From positions 248,001 through 312,000 of the forward strand of contig NW_003314333.1 in assembly GCF_000143415.4 (NCBI RefSeq): 64,000 nucleotides of DNA, in the 5' to 3' direction. The stretch's first letter is position 1. Each line of letters begins with the position of its first letter. This document shows, piece after piece, positions 11,704-24,859 of the stretch. The position numbers were made by a program, and so were the translations under genes. Under the pieces are notes generated by a model, which ran no database searches, was not told where the DNA came from, and saw nothing but the letters and a program-made list of their open reading frames with translations. The stretch is from Selaginella moellendorffii. Taxonomy: Eukaryota > Plantae > Lycopodiophyta.

Positions 11704-11830
11704 TCTCGCAGGGTACTTGTTATGGTTGTAGAAAATGAGCAAGATAGCATCCGCAATGGTCAGCTTGGCCAAAGTTCTCGCAGGGTACTTGTTATGGTTG
11801 TAGAAAATGAGAAAGATAGTGGTCAGCAAC
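11704..11830. repeat. Two direct copies of a ~45-bp core at 72-bp spacing in the PPD6-CPR intergenic region
   Basis: tctcgcagggtacttgttatggttgtagaaaatgag(c/a)aagatag at about 11704 and 11776. Confidence 0.85.
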
Positions 11831-12235
11831 AACTTGTCCATAACTCCATCTCCCGGTTGAAAATATCTCGAAAACGCGCTCACACAGAAAGAATCAGGAG
11901 CGATCTCGGCCGTTGAACGCTTGAAGAATCCACGGCGAGGTGGTTACGCCTTTATATTGCTGACTTGGCACTACTGTGGTGGCGCCACGTGTCAGTCAAA
12001 GGCGCCAGGTCTGGTAGGTGTGAACGGTGGCTGGCCGCGTGGACTGGTTGCAGTAGTGTTGTGGAATTGTGGGCAGCGCAAATCCCCCATTCTTTTTGTG
12101 GAGGGCTCGCGGGGCTGGGAAGCGAATTGGAGGAACAAGAGATCAATCCCTCCTCCCTCCTCTGCTATTTCCGGCCCAGCGATAGCTTCATTCTCATCGA
12201 TTTTTAGGTCTTCCTTTTAAGCGCGCTCGCAGCAA

Positions 12236-15200
12236 ATGGAGCAGATGGGCGGAGGAATGGAGTCGTCGAGCCTGGATTTCGTGCTGGCGCTCTTGGGCGT
12301 CAAGGGGATGGCGTCCACCAACATCTCCCCGCTCACCCTGCTGCTGTCGGCGCTGCTCCTCGTGGCCGGGGCGCTCTTCCTCTGGTGGAAGGCAGCTGAT
12401 GCCGGCAAGCGCGTGGCGGAGCCGCCCAGAGTGGTGACGCCAATTGTGGAAGCCGAGGAGGAGGAGGCCGATGATCTAGCAGGCTACACGAGCAAAGTGA
12501 CCGTCTTCTTTGGCACCCAAACCGGAACCGCGGAAGGGTTTGCAAAGGTGTGGTTTTTGTTTGTATTTCTCGCTCCCTCTTTTTGGCGTCTTCGCTCCAG
12601 CCAGCTTCCGGGATTGATTTTTCGTGTTCTTCTAGGCCCTGGTCGAGGAAGCAAAGTCTCGATACGACAGGGTTCTCTTCAAGGCCGTCGACTTGGTAAA
12701 CTTCTTTTCTTCGTTCTTTCCAGTCTTTCTAAAGGCTACTCTTTGTTCCAGGACAACTACGCAGCGGACGACGACCACTATCGCCTCAGGCTCAAGAAGG
12801 AGAAGCTGGCCATCTTTATGCTCGCAACGTGAGAATCTCGTGTGGAGTTTAATAATCTCTGCCAAGCAGCGTTTTGTGAACTGTGCATCTTTGTGTTCTT
12901 TGCAGGTATGGTGACGGAGAACCGACGGACAATGCGGCCAGGTTCTACAAATTCCTTACGGAGGTAGAAGACTCTTTTTCTTTTCCTTGGAATCTTTAAG
13001 TAAGATCGATCGACTTGCAGGGTGGTGACGAAAGAGGCTTGTGGCTGAACGAGATGACTTACGCGGTGTTTGGTCTGGGCAACCGCCAGTACGAGTACTT
13101 CAACAAGGTAGACCGACCGTTCATCCTTTTGCGATTGCTGATAGTTAAAACTTGATCTCGTCACAAGGTTGGAAAGGTCGTGGACGAGGAATTGGAGAAG
13201 CAAGGTGCCAAAAGGCTTGTTCCCTGTGGAGTTGGCGATGACGACCAATGCATCGAAGACGATTTCTCCGCCTGGTACGACTCTCTAAGTGCTAGTGCTT
13301 AAAGGCTTCCGCGTGTTTCTACACACAGGCGCGAGCAGCTATGGCCGGAGCTTGACACTTTGCTTCGGAACGAGGACGACGTTGCCATTCCTTCCACTAC
13401 CACTTACACGGCAGCTGTCAGCGAATACCGAGTTGTAATTCATGAGAAGCTAGCAAAACTCGTCGAAGGGAGCTTTCTCCCGGTGGAAAACGGTGGGCCT
13501 GTCGTTATGGATATGAACCATCCTTGTCGGTGAGAGCCTCTTTTCATCTTGTTGCTTTTAGTTCTCCTCTCATTTATTGTGCCCGGGATTCCAGAGCCAT
13601 CGTGGCCGCTCGGAAAGAGCTCCATACGCCCTTGTCCGACAGATCGTGCACCCACTTGGAGTTCGACATAGCTGCGACTGGCATCAGGTACGCTAAAGCC
13701 CTCTCTTTTATCTCCAGCTCAAACATATAAGTCTTGTGATTTGATTTAGTTACGAGACTGGAGACCATGTTGGTGTGTACGCTGAGAATTGTCACGACGT
13801 TGTGGAGGAGGCTGCCAATCTTCTAGATTATTCGCTGGACACAGTCTTTTCCCTTCACACAGACACGGAAGATGGCACTCCGTTGCCTGGTAGCCTTCTT
13901 CCGCCATTTCCCACACCCTGCACTCTAAGAACTGCCTTGGCTCGTTATGCCGACTTGCAAACTCCTCCTCGCAAGGTAATGCACATCGGCCACCCCAAGT
14001 TTTTGTTCTCCTAACCTTTGCTTCTGGTCTGTGTAGGCTGTGCTTGCTGTCCTTGCGGCATATACATCAGAGACTAGCCATGCAGACCGTTTGAGGCACC
14101 TAGCATCGCTGCAAGGAAAGGTTGGTTGTGATCGTTTGTTTATATTTTCCAGCCTGTGTTGACTTTGGTGTTTTTTTTCTGCAGGATGACTATTCGCAAT
14201 ACATTTCTTCGTGTCAAAGGACCCTGCTGGAGGTTTTGGCTGACTTTTCCTCTGTCAAGCTGCCCCTCGGGGTCTTCTTCGCTTCAGTGGCTCCACGTTT
14301 GATGCCAAGATATTATTCCATCTCGTCCTCTCCAAAGTACGTCCTTTCTCGCCTACTTCTGTGCTCACTGTCATTGCTGCGCAGGTTTGCGCCCACTAGG
14401 ATTCACGTCACTTGCGCGTTGGTTCATGGACCAAGTCCAACTGGCCGCCTGTTTAGAGGAGTTTGCTCTACATGGATGAAGGTTTGAAGTTTTTTTTTCA
14501 AGTGTTTCCGAGCCGTCGCTAACTAGGAAACGCTTGCGTGACAGAATGCTCGCTCCGCCGAAGAGGCCGGCGATGACTGCAGCTGGGCTCCTATATTTGT
14601 GCGACAATCAAACTTCAAGCTTCCTGCTGACCCGAAAATTCCCATCGTGATGATAGGACCTGGCACGGGCCTGGCACCTTTCAGAGGATTCCTCCAGGTG
14701 TTTTTTTCGTGTGTGATTTATTTTATTCCTGGGAGCTCATTTCTGTTACTTTCTCAGGAAAGAGCTGCTCTACAAGATTCGGGTGAACAACTGGGGCCCT
14801 CGGTTCTTTTCTTTGGATGCCGCAATCGGAATCAGGTAAATGTGTTTCTCGTTTTTTGTGTTGTTTTGTCCGCAACGCCCAGTCTTGTGAGCAGGATTTC
14901 ATTTACGAGCGCGAACTGAACGGGTATGTGAGCAGAGGAACTTTGACAAACCTGTACGTGGCCTTTTCGCGAGAGGGCGCCACCAAGGAATACGTCCAAC
15001 ACAAGATGCAAGACAAGGTGCGTTTGTTATCTCCTGTATCTCTCGTCTCATACTGCTTGTTTTTCTTGTCCCTTCTCTCAGGCTAGTGACTTGTGGAGGC
15101 TTTTGTCTAACGGGGCCTACTTGTATGTCTGCGGCGATGCCAAAGGAATGGCTCGCGACGTTCACAAGATGCTGATTACCATTGTCCAAACCGAGGTGAG

Positions 15201-15321
15201 TTTTTGTGCTTATCACCGATGCAAAAGTCAATTCTTTGCTTGGCAGGGCAACGTCAAGGAAGCTGAGGCTTTTGTCAAGCAACTGCAAAACGATGGTCGA
15301 TATTTGAGAGACGTCTGGTGA
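12236..15321 (+). CDS. CPR: NADPH-cytochrome P450 reductase (many short introns)
   Basis: N-terminal membrane anchor; [14 protein letters not shown]; [10 protein letters not shown]; [12 protein letters not shown]; [10 protein letters not shown]; [14 protein letters not shown]; LFFGCRNR; [14 protein letters not shown]; GRYLRDVW*. Confidence 0.97.
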
Positions 15322-15527
15322 TTGCTTTACCTGCGAAGTGATTGAAACAAGCATACACTACGAATTTTGTAGTTAGCATTCATTGAGAGACAAATTGTCT
15401 CTTGCTGTACCCAACCGACTCCAAAGGAAAGAAACCATTTCACCCATTAATTAACGCAACTTCATACTTTGTGCTTGCGAAGTAAACGTGAATCAATCTC
15501 AATGCAATAACACTGTGTTCACTTGAG

Positions 15528-18500
15528 CTACTTGTGCTCATGGTATACGAGAAACTCCAGCTCGAAGATCCGTTCCTGGTGCTTCTTGTTCAGCTCTCGC
15601 AGCTCCGCCATGGCCTTGTGAAGATCTGCGTTGGCAAGCTGGAGTTGCTCCAGCTTCGCATTGCACTGCTCCAGCTGCTTTTCCAACTCCGCCTTACCAT
15701 TCTTTGTCTCCGCCTCCAGCTTGGCCATGCGATCCATCACTTCATCTTGCTTCGCCGCCAAGAGGCCTTCCGCATGGACCTTTTTCTCCTTCGCATCTTT
15801 GACCTCGGCCTGCAAACTAAGCTTTTGCTCCCTGGTTTCTTTCACCTCGGCCTGCAAACTAAGCTTTTGCTCCCTGGTTTCTTTCACCTCGGCCTGCAAA
15901 CTAAGCTTTTGCTCCCTGGTTTCTTTCACCTCGGCCTGCAAACTAAGCTTTTGCTCCCGGGCGTCTCTCACCTGGGCCTCCAACTCTTTAACCTCCCCCG
16001 ACAAGGCAGTATACTTGGCCACCAATCCCTTCCCCGCATCCGTGGACACGTTCACCGTGGGTGGCAAACCTGGTGTCAGCTGCGCCCACTCCGCAACCGT
16101 GAGCCCCTCGAGACCATCTGTATGTAACAGGTTAGTTCACGGTCGAAGAAGACTCTCGGCACCTATGACATAGTGAACGAAGTCTTTGGGATCAAGCACG
16201 CTCCTAGTGGGGAGAAGCTTCTGTGCACTCCTCAGGCATTCCTCGACCGTGGCTTTGGCTGGCGCTGCCAACTTTGCGACCTTTGTGAAGGCTAGGTCCG
16301 GCTCCATAAACTCGACACATATCCTCACCTGTGCATCGTGTGTTACGTGGGAAAGTATATGAGAATTCCAAGCGTTACCTCATCAGGGCCAATAGAAGGG
16401 TCCACAGTAGCCTTCGCTTTACCTTTGTGCTTCTCCCGCTTCTTGTTGCCACCCATACTACCTCGTCAAAAACCCTACCCCCGACCCTCTTTATGGCGGA
16501 GAATCACTCCACAATGGGTTCCAGACCGCCACTGTCCTCCACATCATCTTGAACGTCTGGTACTGACTTTGGTTCTCCCAGTGTGTCACCTTCCTCCTGA
16601 AGAAGGGCCTCCTCGTCACCTTCTTGCATCTGCTGTGACGCTGGCTGCTCTTCCTCGTCTTGTCCACAGAAGCGAAGCACAAACTGCCTGAACGTCTGCA
16701 CCGCGGAGTTGACGTCCACCTTCTGCTGCATTAAGTCTTGCAGCACCTCCTTTGAGAAATCATACTCGTCTTTGCTTGCGTTCACTTTTTCTGGGTCGAT
16801 ATCATCTTGGACCTGTGGACACGATGAGTTGATAGTAGTGAATAAATTTCCATAGATTTCTAGTTACCTGTGACCAGGTCTTCTTGAGAAGGTCGAATAC
16901 AGTGCTGGCAGGTGCTTCAATGCCGTGGTTATAGGCTATTTGAGCAAAGGCCTGTGGACTGATGCTGTCTCCTCCATCCGGCATCATCAGCAGTGTCTCC
17001 CTGAACATCCTGATTGCACTTTGCTGCGAGATCGATGAATCTGCGGTAGTGACAATCTCTCGGAACTCGCTGAACGTCAAAACTCCATCTTGATTTGCGT
17101 CTCCGGCAATGAACAGATTCTCCAGCTCGGTTGCCTGAGATACTTTAACATCAGAACCACGTAAAATCAAAAGGCTTTACTACCTTATCCTTGGGAACTG
17201 GCTTGCTGACTTGAATGCTCTTTCTCCGTTCGTCTTGTATGGTGTCCTGGATAAACAAGAACAAGCGAGGACTCTCAGAAGCTGTATCTCCTTTTCTTTT
17301 CCTGTTCTTACCATCTTATGTGGATAGACCGCTAGTATCGCCTCCACAAGCAGGTCCCAATCAACTTTTCGTACTTCACTTTCCTTCACAAGCTTCCTGA
17401 TCTGCAAAGTTTCACAACTTTTACTTTGAAAGGAAAACAGCAAAGACAAGACTTACCTCTGGTGACGCCTTTTCAGTCACTGCATTCTTTGCAACGTACT
17501 TCTCCACGAACGACAATGCTGCTCCCTGGCTTCCAAAGTAGGCAACGAGATTGGGCTCGTCGGCAATGAAAGCGTACTGGGATGCATTCAAGAATATAAG
17601 ACCGTCGTCTTGGTCAGATGGAAGCAGCACTCCTGTTTTGCTTGAAGCTCGCTGAAGGATTTTAAGGTAGAGATAGAGATCGGGCTCGCTGTAGTTGTTG
17701 GTTTCGTCCATGCCGACAAACCGGCTGAAGACTCTGATCTGCCAGGACGTAGAAAAGCATATTAGAAACTTCTCCATTACGGCTTTAATGCCTGCCTACT
17801 TTATGATGCTTCTCAATCTCCTTGTTGGTGATGAGTGTCTTGACCGTCTTAAAAACACCAAAGATCGCTGACTCGCTGAGACCTTTGAGTCCATACTGAT
17901 TAAGCATGAAATCATAGACAAACTCGCAACAAGTTTGCCGCTCATTATTGCACGAGTCATCGACAGAATCTGCGACAATTTTGCTCACGTACACCGACGC
18001 AATTAGCTTTGTTAGCTGCAGAACCGGGAGAGTATCTATAGATCAGGCCGAAGAAACAAAATAACAGAAAGAAGACGATGCTTTACCTGCCGAACGTTGA
18101 AAAATTTTACAGTCTTGGGCGGGTTGTAAATCTTCATCATCTTTGCAAACCCGAGAGGCACGTAAGACTTGAGCTGGGAACCAAATTTGCTTCCTTTGGA
18201 TTTCCTGCTCTTCCTCATCTCACTGGGCCTGCCGCTGCTTGGTCCGCCCTCTATGAAAGAAACTTTTGCGCTCTCTACGGCAACAGAACCCCGCTTCCCT
18301 TGCATCAAGCTCTTGTGCCGCTGCATAAACTTCTCCCTGAACTTGTCGCCCAAAACTGTTCCAGTCATCTCGCAATACTTCTTGAGAAGGACCTCAATCT
18401 TCTCTGCCAATGCACCCTCCATCGGGAGCCTGTCGAGCAAGCCTATAGTGTCCACCGCAAGTGTCTCGAACTCTTTCAAGCGTTCGACGATTGGGGGGCC

Positions 18501-21232
18501 TTCGGCTTTGTCCTTGCCAGCAGCTTCGGGATCAACCCATCCCCCAGCTAGAGCTTTCAAGTCGTCAGCACTCAGCTCAGCTTGTGGAGCTGCTCCTCCT
18601 GCTTCTGCTTCTGCTCCAGCTCCCTCTGCCTCTGCCTTGACCTCTTTTTCCACCTCCTCGCCACCTTTTTCTTTGGCCTCGACTATCTTCTTTGGTGGAA
18701 ATATACTTGGCGGCGCGCTTTGGCATCTTCTCAGTCCCTTGCTGGGATCGGTCTGTGTGTAATCGTCTCGTCGATTTGTCTCTGAAACAGGCGCCGCTGT
18801 CTGCTGCTTTTCACCTTCCTCAAGTTGCTGGAGCTCTTCTTCTGTCAGCTGTTCAGTAGATTCATCGGCTCCTGCTTTCTTGCCAGCTTCTGCTCCCTCG
18901 GCTTGTGCACCTTCGGCAGTAGCTCCTCCGGCCTCAAGTTTCTTGCGCTCCTCCTCCTGTCTCTTCAGCTCGAGTTGCTTTTTAAGTTCCTCCTCCTGCT
19001 GCTTCAGTTCCTCTTCCGTGGGTTCGTGCGTGTATCTGAACGATATCGACCGCTTTTTCAGGTTGACGAGATACTCGTTCCGAGATCTGGGTGACATGTT
19101 CTCCGTGCGACACAGCCGACACCTCTTGATCTTCCTCATCTCAATATCCTTGTCTTTGAGTTTGGCCCGTATAACGTCATACTGGTCCCTGTAAAAGTCA
19201 TGATCGGAAAGCATCCGTGACAGGTGATCTTTCGCCCCTTCTAGATCATCTCGTAGCCGCTTCATTTCATCTTCTGTAGCATTGAGCTTTGGTTCCGCTC
19301 GCACAAGAACCTGAGCGTGCATGCAAATAGACTAGTTAAGGTTTGTAAAGTTAGCACGCTTTCGACTAGTACCTGATTGAAAATACGTAGCAATTGCCTC
19401 CAAAGATGGAGAAGGAGGTTTCCACGCTCTTCGCAATGGATATCCACCTGCCATGTTTATCTAACTCCAAGAGTAGAGCCATGAAAGAAGAATATTTGCA
19501 CACATACCTGACGAACGATTTCTAGGAAGGCAATAGAATGAAGAACAAACGCGGCTTCCACGTTCTCAAAACGTCCATCCACTTTCTCACAATGGTTCTT
19601 TTGCATTGCATGCTGCAGCCAATCTCCGAGCAGTTGCACGTCCTCTCTTTTACCTGGCTGTTTGAATACAAATAATCACACCCGAGGTTTTTCGACTACT
19701 GCAAAGTGTTACCTGAAGAGCAGGAAAGACAACCGTATACCATCTCTTATCGAATGGACTGTAGGTGAACTTGCAGTCGGGTCTTCCCAGAAGTTCTGGC
19801 TGCCAGACAAAAACGTATCAACCGGTATGACTGACAGTGCGAAGAGTACCTGGACGACATACTTGTTCACAACATAGTCCTCGACGGGAATGTAAGAAGG
19901 AAGAGAAGAAGGAGGTGGAGCAGCGCTCTTGTGTGGTTCCAGGGACTGCTGCTGATCCTGTGGAGGGTTGTCCTTTGCCTGTTTTTCAACAGCTACAGGC
20001 TCGTTGTCGACTTCAGTGAGATGAGCAGCAGCAGGAGCAGCAGGCTCAGCGTCCTTGGCGCTAATATCTTCGTGCTTGCTTCCTTCGACCTCGTCAACAT
20101 TCTTAGAGAGCTCGGTACCTTGGTCACCAGGGATTGGAGAGACGACTGGATTAGTGCACTCGACAAAACGGATTATGAGCTCCCTGACTTTCTCGAGTAG
20201 AAGCCGGTCCTTGACTAAGAAACCAGCCTCCGGCGGAACCCTGTTCACCCTGGCTTCCATGGCTTCCCACTCGGCTCTTATCTCGCGGACGTGCTCGCCT
20301 GCAAGTTGAGGGATGGATTCCATCTGCGTCAGACGAGTGCTGTGTGAAGCTGCTATAAACGAGGAGTCCAGTTAACGGTTCATCGATGCCACGAGCACAC
20401 AAGAACGAAAACGAAAAGTTACCTGGATGAACATCTCGCGGATTTCCGTGTCTTTGAGACCAATCGCTTGGAGCAGCCACTGCTTTGCACTGATTGGAAC
20501 AGTCGCCGAGGCCACAGTCCCGGACTTGGTCTTCCGTATAGCATGAGGAACGTTCGACTTTCTCCCGGCGCCATAGTCCGGAGGTCTCAAGTGAGGAACT
20601 GCTCGAACTCCTTCTCTAGAAGCCCCGGTGAGCTTGGTGAGATAGTCGGGAACTTTCATCAGGAGTCCTCTCTTGCAGAAGGTGTCCACCACCTCCTCTC
20701 TCTCCACGACTTTGTCGCGCGGCCTGCTTCCAGAGGAGTAGCCGCCGGGGATCCTCGGCGTCCTCACCGCAGCACACGCCTGGAGCCTCTCGCTCACAAG
20801 CTCGGCCATGTCCGCCGCCTTGGAGCTCCCGCAAGTGGAGCTCGCAACCTCCCTAGCGGCGGCAGCTCCCACCCTCCGCCCCCTCCTCTCCTCCTGGACG
20901 TGCTCCTTCCTCTGGAACCCCGTGTGCTCGTGGCTGGACAGGCGAGTGGGAGTGGTGGACGGACCCCTGTGCGATGCAATGCGGCCCAAATCCACCGACG
21001 CCGATCGCTTGAACACATCGTGGGAGAAGGCCGAGCGAGACGACGCCTGACCCACCTCGAATGCTCGCCTGCTGGGCGACGGCGATCGATGCGACACGGT
21101 CGCCCTTGCCAATGCCGCCCCTTCCTCGCCGCTTGGGAGGCATCGCTTGAGCTTCAGCACGGATCCGCGCAGCCACGACGAGTTGATGCCGCTGCCCTTG
21201 TCCTGCGGCGCCGGAAACTTGTCCAGCAGCAT
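15528..21232 (-). CDS. Large coiled-coil protein with axonemal dynein light-chain-like domain and EF-hands, probably flagellar-associated (multi-exon; single-gene model tentative)
   Basis: In-frame exon chain from ORF 20372-21232 (e.g. intron ending 20324, before MESIPQL). FLEIVRQV..IHCEERGNLLLHLW resembles the Ax_dynein_light motif; EF-hand LFIAGDANQDGVLTFSEFREIV; C-terminal coiled coil. Confidence 0.6.
15802..15958. repeat. Perfect 42-bp coding minisatellite (about 3.7 copies; 14 aa, LSLQAEVKETREQK)
   Basis: acctcggcctgcaaactaagcttttgctccctggtttctttc at 15802, 15844, 15886 and partially at 15928. Confidence 0.95.
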
Positions 21233-21260
21233 CGCGCATTCTCCTCCTCCTCCTCCACGC

Positions 21261-21288
21261 TAGGGTTTAATCCCTCCAAAACCCTAAA
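21261..21288. promoter_or_regulatory. Two oppositely oriented telo-boxes in a 138-bp bidirectional promoter
   Basis: tagggttt (21261) and aaaccctaaa (21279) between divergent ATGs at 21232 and 21371. Confidence 0.55.
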
Positions 21289-21370
21289 TAACGACCGTAT
21301 TGCCGGCTGAAGTGTCATCTTGCGGTTTGAACCCTGGACCTCCTTTTTGGTTTTCGCCCTAATCGTGGCC

Positions 21371-22410
21371 ATGGCCGTCTTGATTTGTGTGCGTCATGGT
21401 GAGACGACATGGAACGCCAGCGGGAAGCTCCAGGTATGTGTGTGTCGATCGATCGATCGGCTACCATGGCATTGACGATTATGGATCCTATTTTTTTTCT
21501 TTTTCTTTTTTGTTGTTTTTTTTCTTCTTGTCAGGGACAATTGGAGACCGATCTAAACGACGCTGGAAGGAAGCAAGCATCCGCTGTATGTTGAAAAGAC
21601 TAGAATGCAGCCAAGAGTCTGTGGAGGTCAGGATGATCAAAGCGATCTCTCTCATTTTTGTCTTTTGGTTTTCGTCTTCTCAGCTTGCGGAACATTTGGC
21701 TAAACAAAGCTCGCAGAAGATCACAGCGGTTTACTCGTCGGATCTTCGCCGTGCATCAGACACGGCCCAGACAATCGCCGAAAAGCTGGGATTGTCACAG
21801 GTAGAGCATGCTTCTCCCATGTGTTCTTGAGAATGTCAAACGTTTTCTTATGGCTTTTGCAGGTGAGCACGACACCACTGCTTCGAGAGCGGCATTTGGG
21901 CAGGCTCCAAGGCTTGACGCCAAAGCAAGCTCGCGAGAGAGAAGCCCACGCGTTCAAGATACTCGCCTCTTCGTCCGGCGACGAACCCATCCCGGTGAGA
22001 ACTAAGGCTCAGTGTTGTGAGTGAGCTCACAGATGGTTTTCTCAGGGTGGAGGGGAGAGCTTCGGTGAGATGCGCGATCGCGCGGCAAGAGCGGCTCAAG
22101 ACATTGCTCGGCAGCACGAAGGTATTCCCAGATCTTCTCCGATCGACACACCCGTTTGATGAGTGTGTGGTCTCTTCTCTTTCTTCAAGGCGAGAGAGTG
22201 GTGGTGGTGACGCACGGTGGTGTTCTTCAGTCCATGCATGTCACCGCGACGGGCAAGCCAGCGCCGGGCCGTGTCCCCAACGCGTCGATCAATGTCTTGA
22301 GCATCTCTAGCGACAACCAGTGGAAGTTCCAGTCGTGGTGCGACGTGGAGCATCTCAAGGGCGTTGGCTTCTTGTCCTCGGCATTTGGAGGTGGCGCCAA
22401 GTCGGGCTGA
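21371..22410 (+). CDS. Histidine phosphatase / phosphoglycerate-mutase-like protein (iPSP-like; multi-exon)
   Basis: VRHGETTWNASGKLQ|GQLETDLNDAG; VYSSDLRRA; LRERHLGRLQG; GGGES; VVVTHGG; SWCDVEHL...AFGGG. Confidence 0.92.
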
Positions 22411-22429
22411 CCCTCTCTTCTTTCTAATT

Positions 22430-22620
22430 GAGACTCTCCATTCTTTAGCAGCCTACGGTCCTGTGCTTGCACTGTCCATGCTCAAATCCTCTGCGTCTTT
22501 CTCGTCAATCTCTTGATCCCGGAAAAGGCAGAGATCCGAACATCACGATCCAGGCGTATGCCCGGAATGCGTATACTGCTCAAGCCATGAATTTCTTTCA
22601 CCAAACAAGGTCACTTGGAC
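22430..22620 (+). pseudogene. Deletion-riddled relic of the 5' end of PPR 25506-27257
   Basis: gcagcct.cggtcctgtgcttgc, tttctcgtcaatctcttgatcc and gatccaggc.tatgcccggaatg.gtatactgc are shared with 25519-25790. Confidence 0.85.
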
Positions 22621-22709
22621 TCCTGAAACGTTATCACTCGCAAATGAGTATGTGTATGGAAATCAACATCAGCATAAATTCTAAGAATATTCACTATCTT
22701 TGTTGGGTG

Positions 22710-24859
22710 ATGGAATCTGTCGATGTTGATACGCTCGGCTTCACCGAGCTGGGTAAGGCTCTGGACAAGGAGTATCCAGTTTTCAATGGCGAACTCGGAG
22801 CTGCCATCACGAAGCACCAAATCACTGGGCGAGTGTTTCTTTCTCTCGACCGCAACCACTGGACAGCCTGTGGTTTGACATTCGAGGCTGCCCTGCAGCT
22901 CGAGCTGCTGAGAGATCTTTTTCTAAAAGGCAGCCGTGTTTTAATAGTTTTTCTGAAGCACAGCACAAATCAACATCTTTATCAATGGCAGCCAAGCAAG
23001 ATTTTGTGGGTCGTGCAGAGTCGGTGAAACTCTCCATGAGAGGCTTGGTGATATGAACTTTTTCACTGTTCTGACTCGTCCCATCTAACTTCCACTTCAG
23101 GCCAGCAATCTGTTTGTTTAACCATCATTCGAGTATATGGGCCGTGACATCGCGCCGAGAGTGGAAAGCTTCATCATGAACAGCCTCCTTGCCGAAGATG
23201 GGCGATCAGTAGATGCACCAGCTTTCGCCGTGATCACTGGCACAGCGGGCTCCGGAAAGACAACTTGCGTAATGGCTGCTGTTGTGAACATGAACATGCA
23301 TCGGAGGTTTGCAAAGGCTCGTGAGAAGAGCCCCGTTCCTCCTTTCTGGGAAGCTGTTAGACAAGTACCAAAGGAAGATGGAGAGGCTGATGGAGACGAG
23401 ATGGAAGCGGAAGAGGAAGCACAGGACAGCTACTGTACGTGGATTGCTCACAGTTTGTCAATGATCCTTTCAAGACGCTGAGAAACAGTCTGCTCCTGGC
23501 TTACATAGACGACAAGCAGGATATGTAAGACTGAAGACTACAGAAACTTGGATGAATTTATTCGACTCGGGACATCTCGGGATCGCTGTAGTTGACGATG
23601 CCAACGCCACTGATGTGGACAAGGACGGTGGAAGTCAAACAGGAATTAGGAAGCCTTCAGTGGCGAAACGTACAGATGCCAGGGATAAGGTCGTGGCTCT
23701 GCTATCTCGTTGTCTGCTTTTCTGTGACGAGTGGGATCAGGAAGGGCCTTGAGCACGATAAACGGCCAGCGGACTTTTTATATGTGGAGGATACGAGCTA
23801 AGTGCACAATGATATGTGTGATCTCATGGCTGCGTTTGTTTCCTACTGTAGGCTCGTGAATTGTGCAAGTATCTAGACCACCAAAAGTTACAAGTTTCAG
23901 TCAAGGAGCTTGCGGACTTGATGTGGTGGACTGGTTTCGTGCCGAGTCTGGTCTACCGGTATCTCTTTGGAGACATGGAACAGGTGGTAGGGGTTATGTC
24001 ATGGCGTTGCTGGCTAAGACGTTGAAGGAGAAAAAAGATACTGACGCTCGCACTGAGATTGAAAAGTGGGTCATGTTCGACAGGCTCGAATAGGATGGAA
24101 CGCTGAGATGGCTACGATATTAGCTGCTGCGTTATACAGACCGCATCTCACGTTGAATAACGGGGCGCAGCTCGTTATAGATCCGGAGGTCGTTGTGACT
24201 GGGGAGGACATTTGTGAGGAGTACCCGAACAAGAGAGTTCTGATTATTCCCAAGGAGTTCAACCACCTCGGGGCGCGTATGTTTTATGTAGCTGGGGGAC
24301 TCGTGGTTGTGATCCAGGTATCGATCAGGATCCACGCCAAGGCGAGGGAACTGGCTGGACAAATTTTCTGCGAATTGGCTGAAAAGTCCGCAGGTCGCAA
24401 GTGCTTCTGGCATGTGGTGAGACATGGGGATATGAAAAAAGGTGGGGATGTGTACGACGAAGTTGTGTCTACGTTCGGTGGTTTTAGTAGCGCTCTCAAG
24501 GCCGTCGATGGACATTGCGATGTTCTGAAAGGGAGGGTTCCAAGAAGAGAGGAGGTTTGCTTTGTTTGATTTCATGTAGATTGAAGACTGATTTGTTATT
24601 GTTTCAGGATTCGTGCGTCGATTGTTCTGAGTACCAGTGTTACTTTGGTGAAGAAGAGCTTCATGACTGGTTCCAGTGCAGTGTTTGCAAGTGCTGGGTT
24701 CACAGACGTTGTGCTGGTGAGAGGTACACTGGGCCCGAAAATATTTTCCAGTGCCTTTTCTGTGATGCGACACCAGTCGAAGAAAAGGGGTCCAGTCACG
24801 TCGAAGAAGAGGAAGGTGTCCGTCTTAGAGGGAGATGTTGGCAACAACGTCCGCATTAA
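22710..24859 (+). pseudogene. SAM - P-loop NTPase - REase-like - PHD gene (Crinkler/RHS-like architecture), disrupted
   Basis: SAM-like KHQITGRVFLSLDRNHWTACGL; FVGRAE; Walker A AVITGTAGSGKT; Walker B LLFCDEWD; LIIPKEFNHLGARMFY...VVVIQVSIRIH; PHD CVDC...WFQCSVCKCWVHRRC...FQCLFC. In-frame TAA at 23119-23121 and frame breaks near 23752 and 24093. Confidence 0.6.

Noticed and set aside
11704-11830. CRISPR-like repeat-spacer
   Set aside because: Only two copies, eukaryotic context, no cas genes.
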